DNA of 64,000 nucleotides from a virus (Duplodnaviria; Caudoviricetes): IMG/VR virus record IMGVR_UViG_3300037313_001148, positions 26,670 to 90,669 of that record; one strand, 5' to 3'. Shown piece by piece: positions 57,706 to 64,000 of this stretch (position 1 is its first letter; each line of letters starts with the position of its first letter). The notes under the pieces were generated by a model. It saw only the letters and a program-made list of their open reading frames with translations, ran no database searches and was not told where the DNA came from. The position numbers and the translations under genes were made by a program.

Positions 57706-58063
57706 GGTCTATTCGCCTCGCTTGGACCCCGCGACAGTGCTGGAAGCATGGAAGGAGATTCCGGGTGCAAAAGAAGGTTTGTCGGTTCGCCGCGCCTTGA
57801 AGATGGCCGACGATCATCCTGAACTGTGCCCTAAGTTTGCCGCGATAATCCGGGGACGAAACAAGGCTCACCGCGCGAGAATGATTGCGACTTATATTGA
57901 GAAGGCGATCAACCTGGGATTGCATCCAATCAGCAGGGAAATGCGGAAAGTCTATTACCCGCGAAGGCTCCCCAAAAACGCCAGGAGGCGATACGAGGGG
58001 CCGGCAGAGCGATACAAGCCGGTTCCAATCGATCAACCAGAACTGTTCTATATCGTTCACTGA
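57689..58063 (+). CDS. basic hypothetical protein
   Basis: GGAG SD; overlaps the helicase stop. Confidence 0.6.
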   Translation: MTIPSRVYSPRLDPATVLEAWKEIPGAKEGLSVRRALKMADDHPELCPKFAAIIRGRNKAHRARMIATYIEKAINLGLHPISREMRKVYYPRRLPKNARRRYEGPAERYKPVPIDQPELFYIVH

Positions 58064-58096
58064 GAGCCTTCAAAGCAGCCCTGGAATCCTCTCTGC

Positions 58097-58120
58097 CCCG
58101 CCCCTCTGGCGGGGTCTTTT
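58097..58120 (+). terminator. rho-independent terminator
   Basis: ccccgcc-loop-ggcgggg followed by tctttt. Confidence 0.7.
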
Positions 58121-58134
58121 ATGCGCGGGCACTG

Positions 58135-58390
58135 GGAACAAAGGGTGTCAAACGTAAGGTTACTGCCGTTGCGTCAAGAGCGACGACGCAGTCACATCAG
58201 CCTACACTCCTCACTACGGCTCATTACGCATAAACTTTCTCCTGTTCCACCTTAAAGGTAAATTACTTCCTACACCCAATTTCCCGTAAACCTAACATAA
58301 CCGAACAGAAACGACCAGTTTAGATACTGTACATTTGCTTTTCGATTCCAACGCCCCGACAGGAAAAATACGTTTGACACCCTTTATTCC
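58135..58390. repeat. 22-bp inverted repeat pair (1 mismatch) flanking 212 bp; candidate origin or switch
   Basis: ggaacaaagggtgtcaaacgta (58135-58156) and tacgtttgacaccctttattcc (58369-58390). Confidence 0.85.
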
Positions 58391-58446
58391 CAGGTGATAG
58401 CATCAGGCCCGAGCCGGCTCCTGATTTGCTCTTTCGGATAACATGC

Positions 58447-59022
58447 ATGCATTCCCATGACCGGACCCTGGCTTCCCAAATCCTGAACGATTCTGATCGA
58501 AAGACTCACCGCCACGAACTCGCCTGCATTTACGTCAAGGAACACGCATACGATCTTGTTGATAAACTCATGCACATTTACTCTGGCGAATGGGACTGTC
58601 AGATTCCCGGACACATCCAAGCAAACATCGAATCTCATCTCATGAAAGGGGAGGGAAGGTATTCCGTTACGGTCGGGTTTGTGGACGTGACTGTTTCTTG
58701 TGTTGTTAGGGAGGACGGAAGCTCGATCCCTGCCAATATTGCCGTCGAAGTGAAGACTCAAGAAACTCCGATCTCTGACTGTATCAGGCAAATCAAACTT
58801 TACAAGAAATATCAAGATTCACTTGACTTTCAATATGGAAACGGTCAAATCGACTGGTTCCTTATTACAGACTATAAGATTTCAAAAACAGAACATAGTA
58901 TTCTCTGGAATGAAGGAATCTTTCATGCCTGCCTGGGTGAAATGTTCCAGCAATGGATCGACGAGAACCGGCATCGCCTCCCAAATCGTTCAAAGGTAAA
59001 ACCTTCACGGTTTTCAGATTGA
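58447..59022 (+). CDS. PD-(D/E)XK nuclease-fold protein
   Basis: GFVDV...AVEVKT...IRQIKLY. Confidence 0.75.
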   Translation: MHSHDRTLASQILNDSDRKTHRHELACIYVKEHAYDLVDKLMHIYSGEWDCQIPGHIQANIESHLMKGEGRYSVTVGFVDVTVSCVVREDGSSIPANIAVEVKTQETPISDCIRQIKLYKKYQDSLDFQYGNGQIDWFLITDYKISKTEHSILWNEGIFHACLGEMFQQWIDENRHRLPNRSKVKPSRFSD

Positions 59023-59047
59023 CTCCTCCTGAAAATCCCGGTACAAT
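59019..59047 (+). promoter_or_regulatory. sigma70 promoter upstream of the solitary CRISPR repeat
   Basis: TTGACT, 17 nt, TACAAT. Confidence 0.75.
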
Positions 59048-59115
59048 AAACCTGCCTGAAGTGGGAAGGATAGGGGGCATGTGCCAGGGAGCCGGGCCTT
59101 CTCAAGAGCATCAAT

Positions 59116-59148
59116 GCCGTCTCTCGCGAGAGGGACGTGGATTGAAAC
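59116..59148 (+). CRISPR. second solitary type I-C-like repeat
   Basis: gccgtctctcgcgagagggacgtggattgaaac (33 nt); shares the 3' 17 nt with 43873-43905; compensated hairpin. Confidence 0.75.
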
Positions 59149-59267
59149 TCACTCGCAACGCACAGAAAACCACGCATAGATTGATCGATCTAGGCTTGGG
59201 CCTGTCCGCTTCGATCCGACAACCCCGGCTCCCATTTACATTTTATTTCGTGTTTTATTATACTCCC

Positions 59268-59315
59268 CCGACACTCCTCCTTCTCCGTCGTCCCTCTCGG
59301 CGGCGCAGCCGCCGA
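59268..59315 (+). repeat. hairpin element copy 10
   Basis: ccgacactcctccttctccgtcgtccctc followed by tcggcggc-GCA-gccgccga. Confidence 0.9.
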
Positions 59316-59349
59316 CATAGGAATTAACCCTGTCCTCCCGGAGAATCCC

Positions 59350-59577
59350 ATGAAATCAATCTTAAAGATATTTACATGCACTTCTTTTATGATACTCTTA
59401 GGAACCCTCTTTTCTGTGGCGAACTTTCTGATTTGTTTGAGCCTGTCGGACGCCTTTGGGCATGATTCTAGAGACATGTATTCTCTAATCTATATAATTA
59501 CAACTCCGATCTTCTTTGGAATTGGTTCGCTTCTAGGCGGTGTGATTTATAGCTACCAAGACGGGGACGTGAGCTAA
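59350..59577 (+). CDS. small two-TM membrane protein
   Basis: GGAG SD; two hydrophobic helices. Confidence 0.65.
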   Translation: MKSILKIFTCTSFMILLGTLFSVANFLICLSLSDAFGHDSRDMYSLIYIITTPIFFGIGSLLGGVIYSYQDGDVS

Positions 59578-59580
59578 CCG

Positions 59581-60258
59581 ATGTTCTGGGCAAGGTCAGA
59601 TTCGGCGGTCAATCTTGGAGAGATGATTCAGGCCGCGCCTGGAGTCATGGCTTCGTGCGTCAAGTGCGGATCTCCGTTGGTTCCTCGGTGCGGACAAATT
59701 AAAGTATGGCATTTTGCTCATTCAAATTGGGGGAATAGACGGCTTTCAGCAGATTGCGAGCCGTGGTCGGAGCCGGAGGGGAAATGGCACCTGGCTTGGA
59801 AAATGCGCGTTCCACAAAACATGCGTGAATATGTAATCAAACGCATGTTTATCGATCAGGCCGGGAAAGAATCTCTCGGAATTCACCGGGCCGACATTCT
59901 CAACTCACGCGGAACCGTGATCGAGCTTCAGCATTCGCGGATTTCCCTGAAAGATATACGAGAAAGGGAAGTCTTTTATAACAATATGATTTGGATTTGG
60001 GACGCGGTTGACTGGCGCCCCAATTTCTATCACCCTGACCGAAAAAACTTTTCGTCGCCGATCCGGGACTACGAAGGTAACTGCGTATTTGCCTGGAAGA
60101 ACCCGCGTAAAGCTCTCTGGGACTGTACCAAGCCGGTATTTCTGCATTTTGGCGGTCAGTCGATCTTTCGGGCCTTCAAGTTTCAGCGGTTTAAGCCGTA
60201 CCTCGTGACCGGCGAGTTCGTTGATTTCGGAACCTTCCTCAAGCTGTTTTTCGTATGA
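59581..60258 (+). CDS. CoiA-like nuclease
   Basis: CVKCG...WHFAH...WHLAWK...ADI...VIELQHS. Confidence 0.8.
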   Translation: MFWARSDSAVNLGEMIQAAPGVMASCVKCGSPLVPRCGQIKVWHFAHSNWGNRRLSADCEPWSEPEGKWHLAWKMRVPQNMREYVIKRMFIDQAGKESLGIHRADILNSRGTVIELQHSRISLKDIREREVFYNNMIWIWDAVDWRPNFYHPDRKNFSSPIRDYEGNCVFAWKNPRKALWDCTKPVFLHFGGQSIFRAFKFQRFKPYLVTGEFVDFGTFLKLFFV

Positions 60259-60266
60259 GGCATCAA

Positions 60267-60499
60267 TGAATTTCAATTTCATCAAGTGCCAGGTTTGCGG
60301 CGTGGACTGGTACACGCATCGCCTTGAAAGTCCTACCTGCCAGCAACGGGCGCCCAAAGGAAAAATCTACATTTCTAAAAACCAATTTGATACTGTCATG
60401 AGGAATACCGGAAAGAATTCGATCGGGTATCCAGATATCAATATTATTACAACAGTTACACATGATGGAAGATTGTGTGTCACTGTCCCCACGTTGTAA
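60267..60499 (+). CDS. small Zn-finger protein
   Basis: GAGG SD; CQVC...C. Confidence 0.5.
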
Positions 60500-60572
60500 C
60501 GACTTGACCTAAATCTGGGTTCGCCTATAATTCCGGTGTAGGAAGTCCGGGTTGCAGGTCGGTGGGGTTGAT

Positions 60573-60618
60573 CGGAACGGGCGGGTAGTCCAGATGCCGG
60601 GACTGCCCGCCCGTTTTT
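60573..60618 (+). terminator. rho-independent terminator
   Basis: aacgggcgggtagtcc-loop-ggactgcccgcccgtt followed by a T tract. Confidence 0.8.
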
Positions 60619-60714
60619 GTATTGACTTTCCTGATCCGAAGCAGTAGCTTTCAATAAAACGCCTGAAAACATACGAATTTCGATAAATTAAGAAACAAAT
60701 CTTGGGACATCCAA

Positions 60715-61002
60715 GTGAAGCTGATATCGGCTCCATCTTTAATAGATATAATCACATGGATCGCATCGAAGGTTTTCCAACCTCCTTCGGTTGCCGCTCC
60801 TAAGTTGCCTCCGGAAATGCGCGTGGTTCCGCTCGCGCAACGAACCTTCAACGAATTACTGCGTCAGTATTCGTTGACTTTTTTTTGGAGTGGGGTTTGG
60901 CAAGGGCTTGCCGTAGGGGTGCCTCTCGGGGCACTTCTCGCCGCTTGGGCTTATTTCTGGTATCTCAAGAACTTCAATCAAAATCAAAATAGTCGGGGCT
61001 GA
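60715..61002 (+). CDS. membrane protein (holin candidate)
   Basis: C-terminal hydrophobic segment; first gene of the membrane cluster. Confidence 0.5.
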   Translation: MKLISAPSLIDIITWIASKVFQPPSVAAPKLPPEMRVVPLAQRTFNELLRQYSLTFFWSGVWQGLAVGVPLGALLAAWAYFWYLKNFNQNQNSRG

Positions 61003-61004
61003 AA

Positions 61005-61757
61005 ATGAGATTATTTGTTTTCTTCCTGGCTGTCATTGTTGCGGCTGTCCAAGGGAATGCCCAGGAGGGGGACTCTCGAGGCGAAATCACGCTCAATGAG
61101 CCTGTTTACAAGGGCACTCGGGCGAGTGCTCCAATCCCGCCGAAGTTTCACATCCGCAACGAAGGAGGCTCTGACGGAGCGGGCCTCTGTGTGATAAGTT
61201 CGATTCTCTGTAATGGCTCTTACCAGGGCGTTCCCGGTCTTGAGGGCGGCGTTGGCCCCAATGGCGAGGAACTGGGAAAGAAGTCGGCTCTCTGGCGTGC
61301 CGCGAAAGCCGCGCCAGGCGGATACTATCCTGAAAAGTTGATGCGTCTCATCGACAGGGTTCTGCCTGACGAGAAGTACGCCAACTACACAGGAACGAAT
61401 CCAGAGATCCTTAACAAGATCTCCGAGCTTGGATATCCTATCGGCGCGACCATGAATACGGGTGCGCTTTATGGGTACAAGCCGATCCACCACATGATTT
61501 CCCTCGTTCATTACAGAACGAACGGTTACGCATGCGTTGTGGACAACAACGACCCTGGAAAGTATCATTGGATGCCGGCGAAAGAGTTTGACCGGCGATG
61601 GATTGACGGTGGAACCGGATGGGCTTTCATCTGGACCCGGCTCCCTGAAGTTGCGGCGATTGAGAACGCTGCTCCGGCTGTCGCCGTATGTGTTATTAGT
61701 GGCGCCACCCTGATCTTTGTTGGACTGATGATTAAACCGAAAGAAGAACAAGCATGA
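61005..61757 (+). CDS. exported papain-like cysteine peptidase (C39-like) with C-terminal TM
   Basis: Signal peptide; GAGLCVISS, HMISL, VDNNDP Cys-His-Asn arrangement. Confidence 0.65.
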   Translation: MRLFVFFLAVIVAAVQGNAQEGDSRGEITLNEPVYKGTRASAPIPPKFHIRNEGGSDGAGLCVISSILCNGSYQGVPGLEGGVGPNGEELGKKSALWRAAKAAPGGYYPEKLMRLIDRVLPDEKYANYTGTNPEILNKISELGYPIGATMNTGALYGYKPIHHMISLVHYRTNGYACVVDNNDPGKYHWMPAKEFDRRWIDGGTGWAFIWTRLPEVAAIENAAPAVAVCVISGATLIFVGLMIKPKEEQA

Positions 61758-62314
61758 ATGCAACACTTCTTCTATTCATGTCTGTCGCAATGGGTCAGTT
61801 TTGCGGCCCGAGCGGATGCTATCTCCCTCAACCATCCGTCTTCTATGGACCGGAGTACCACCTTCCGCCTATCGTCTCTCCTTCGATTGCCGAAGAATAC
61901 AAGATGGCAGATATGAATGGAAAATGGTTTCTCCACAGAGATCCCGCCTATCTCCAAAGGTGGATCGAGTCGAGAAACCTCATGATTCGGACGGACGCCA
62001 AGAAAAAGGCTGAGGCCGCGAAGAAGCCTGTCGTGAAGAAGGTGGCGTTGCCGCCTCAAGACAGCGTACCTCCTTCCATGAATTTTGGAATCCAAGCCCA
62101 GCAACTTAATCAGTCTGCTCCCTCCGGACTGAAGACCAATGACCCCGAGATTGCCAAGGCGATCCTGCCCGCCGTTGATCCTGACGCGGGCAAGGAAGTC
62201 CCGATCCCTGATGCGAAGAATTCGCCGATCCGGATCGATTACCAGGCAACTGCCGCCGTCGTCGCTATTGCTGTCGCCCTGTGCCTGTTCGTTATTGGTA
62301 TTACAATCAAGTAA
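61754..62314 (+). CDS. exported protein with C-terminal TM anchor
   Basis: Signal peptide; C-terminal hydrophobic helix. Confidence 0.65.
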   Translation: MNATLLLFMSVAMGQFCGPSGCYLPQPSVFYGPEYHLPPIVSPSIAEEYKMADMNGKWFLHRDPAYLQRWIESRNLMIRTDAKKKAEAAKKPVVKKVALPPQDSVPPSMNFGIQAQQLNQSAPSGLKTNDPEIAKAILPAVDPDAGKEVPIPDAKNSPIRIDYQATAAVVAIAVALCLFVIGITIK

Positions 62315-62338
62315 ACATCCTTTAAAGGATATACCCCA

Positions 62339-62818
62339 ATGGCCGTCAGTATCGGACTTGCATTCGCTGTTGTTTTCCTGATCGTCGGATTCCTGTTTGT
62401 CGCCGTTCGCGTCCTGATTGCCAAAAAGGCTGTTAAGCCTTCCAGTCAGAAGGCTTCAACGGTCCTTATGCCTTCGGAAAACCGTGAAGGTTTTACCTTT
62501 GAACGGTCGGTTTTTACCCCTCCCGCTCAGTCAAATCTGGACAAGTTTTCAAATGATGACTTGTTCAAAGAGACAGCAAACCGAATCAAGAGCGAAGCGG
62601 AGTCGCTTCACTTGACCAAGGTTTTCGAGGAAGCGAAGGCTGTGATGGTGGGCAGGCTCACTCCGGTTCCCGCCGCGTTTACGCCGACTCAGAACCCGAA
62701 TCCGGCCGCGATCCCTCCCGCCCCGATTCTCAATCCTGTCGTCGCCCCGGCCCCGGCTGTCGCCGCCCCGGCCCCGGCTGTCGCCGCCGAAGCGTCAGCA
62801 GGGATTCAGCCCGCGTAA
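62339..62818 (+). CDS. N-terminally anchored membrane protein with Ala/Pro tail
   Basis: N-terminal TM; 21-bp APAPAVA tandem repeat near 62743-62788. Confidence 0.7.
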   Translation: MAVSIGLAFAVVFLIVGFLFVAVRVLIAKKAVKPSSQKASTVLMPSENREGFTFERSVFTPPAQSNLDKFSNDDLFKETANRIKSEAESLHLTKVFEEAKAVMVGRLTPVPAAFTPTQNPNPAAIPPAPILNPVVAPAPAVAAPAPAVAAEASAGIQPA

Positions 62819-62828
62819 AGGAGTAATC

Positions 62829-63032
62829 ATGCGAGCGATTATTTTTACTGTTCTCTTGCTTCTCATTCTAGTAACGATGCTGGTCGGGTGTCAGGACATG
62901 ATTCCGCCGCCCGATGATGGCAAGTGTCATTGCGGTTCCCCGGTTTGTGTTCAGAACGGGGGCCGCAAGCCCCTGCTTCACAAGTGCGGCTGCTCGGACG
63001 CTGCATGCATTTGCGGGGTCAAAAAGAAGTAA
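62829..63032 (+). CDS. small Cys-rich lipoprotein
   Basis: AAGGAG SD; LVG-C lipobox; CHC, CGC, CIC motifs. Confidence 0.7.
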   Translation: MRAIIFTVLLLLILVTMLVGCQDMIPPPDDGKCHCGSPVCVQNGGRKPLLHKCGCSDAACICGVKKK

Positions 63033-63039
63033 ACATATT

Positions 63040-63330
63040 ATGAATATGAAGCAAAAACTTCTTATCAGTGACACTCTATTTATTTTGTTCGTTTCCGCAA
63101 TCTCTCTTGTATGGAGCGTGATCGGATCGGCCGGGGCCTTGTATCTGCTCGGGATTGCCTCCCATCATCAGTCTGCCCCGTCCGCCCCCACGGCTCCGTT
63201 CTACATCGCGCCAGGAGTCCGGGACCGTTTCACGATCCGGTGCCCCTACTGTCGTGGCATGTCTACCGTGTACCTTCACGTCCCTGATGGGGTTATCGGT
63301 GGCCACGTCAGCGGAGAAAAAATCAAATGA
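63040..63330 (+). CDS. membrane protein with Zn ribbon
   Basis: TM segment plus CPYC. Confidence 0.55.
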   Translation: MNMKQKLLISDTLFILFVSAISLVWSVIGSAGALYLLGIASHHQSAPSAPTAPFYIAPGVRDRFTIRCPYCRGMSTVYLHVPDGVIGGHVSGEKIK

Positions 63331-63371
63331 ACACATTTTTTCATCATCATGTCCATCAAGGAGGATTCTCA

Positions 63372-63587
63372 ATGATCGCCGCCACTATCACTAGTCTCCT
63401 GGTCGCCCTGTTCACGTTCGCGACATGGTTCCTGGCAATCTGGCTGGGAGGCAGGGTAGCCGAGAAGTACGGATGGGAAAAGCTGATGGGATGGCTGGTA
63501 GGCTTTTTCTTTCACTTCGTCGGTGTCCTCGTGCTCTACATCGCTGGTGAAGTTATCGGCGAGAAGAGTCAACCTCCGACTGCCTGA
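63372..63587 (+). CDS. small membrane protein
   Basis: GGAGG SD; two TM segments. Confidence 0.6.
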   Translation: MIAATITSLLVALFTFATWFLAIWLGGRVAEKYGWEKLMGWLVGFFFHFVGVLVLYIAGEVIGEKSQPPTA

Positions 63588-63952
63588 CTTCTCTCAATCA
63601 CGGTCCTGCAAACATTTCTGACATAAATCTGATTCGCCTGAATCGCCTCGTAACTGCAATGCTTGTAATGAATTGAAGAGGCTCCCGACATGGGGCCTCT
63701 TTTGATTTTTCCAGCATCTTTCACCTTGGCGTTCCATTCGTCCGCGTAGGACCGCCAGCGGTCTTCCATGATCTTCACTACTTCTTCCACATCCTTTCCG
63801 TTAGCCACATCCCTGAATGCGTCTGACACGATCCGGAAGCGTTCTGCTTGAACCTGATCGGTTCCGTTCATCGAATCTAGTTGCTTTCTCCAAAGCGTTC
63901 TCCAGCTATTCGACGCCTCAATCAATTCCGTCTTAGCCGTATCAGAAATCAT
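63569..63952 (-). CDS. hypothetical protein
   Basis: 127 aa ORF convergent with the membrane cluster. Confidence 0.55.
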   Translation of the reverse strand: MISDTAKTELIEASNSWRTLWRKQLDSMNGTDQVQAERFRIVSDAFRDVANGKDVEEVVKIMEDRWRSYADEWNAKVKDAGKIKRGPMSGASSIHYKHCSYEAIQANQIYVRNVCRTVIERSQAVGG

Positions 63953-64000
63953 GACTTCAAAATCTCCATAACTTTGATCGTCTTGAGCCTGGCCAGGGTA

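Noticed and set aside
1993-59315. Dispersed elements read as a CRISPR array, DGR hairpins or plain terminators
   Set aside because: Not tandem with spacers; no reverse transcriptase or TR/VR pair seen; most lack U tracts, many are intragenic, and some are antisense to flanking genes
58953-59477. ORFs 58953-59327 (+) and 59190-59477 (-)
   Set aside because: They span a promoter, the CRISPR-like repeat and a hairpin element; most likely spurious
1-64000. Integrase/att sites, tRNA, rRNA, cas genes, tail sheath, virion RNA polymerase, small terminase
   Set aside because: None recognised in this window; they may lie outside it or be too divergent to see by eye

Overview
The whole window is a tailed dsDNA phage or prophage segment. 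It is probably siphovirus-like: it has a tail tube, a G/GT chaperone frameshift and a tape measure, but no sheath gene. No integrase, tRNA or rRNA was recognised. The host is inferred to be a Planctomycete, from the style of a captured prepilin/GspG-like gene and an ArsR gene. Layout: an accessory/anti-defence region (0-6.9 kb: Tad1, a Tad2-like domain, NUDIX, two copies of a pseudoknotted RNA-like element); terminase (7.0-8.6 kb); a portal fused to 2H-phosphoesterase and ADP-ribosyltransferase domains, followed by more motif-delimited toxin-like domains (11.3-19.4 kb); protease/scaffold, capsid and tail genes (19.5-39.6 kb); a moron region (pilin, SLOG, glycosyltransferases, dioxygenase, methyltransferase, ArsR; 39.6-47.1 kb); a replication/recombination operon (AAA ATPase, RecD2, Dam, ERCC4, RepB'-like AEP primase, PriCT-helicase; 47.4-58 kb); and a membrane/peptidase cluster (60.7-63.6 kb). 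The strongest non-obvious signals are: (1) a solitary type I-C CRISPR repeat whose spacer matches its own upstream promoter next to a TTC PAM, plus a second solitary repeat; (2) at least 13 dispersed copies of a pyrimidine tract plus covarying cGNAg hairpin with near-fixed geometry, candidate priming sites for the phage primase; (3) a head-cargo polyprotein array delimited by six C-x12-C motifs; (4) a two-copy pseudoknot RNA motif placed before terminators, one of them upstream of tad1. All family calls come from motif recognition by eye; no database searches were run.
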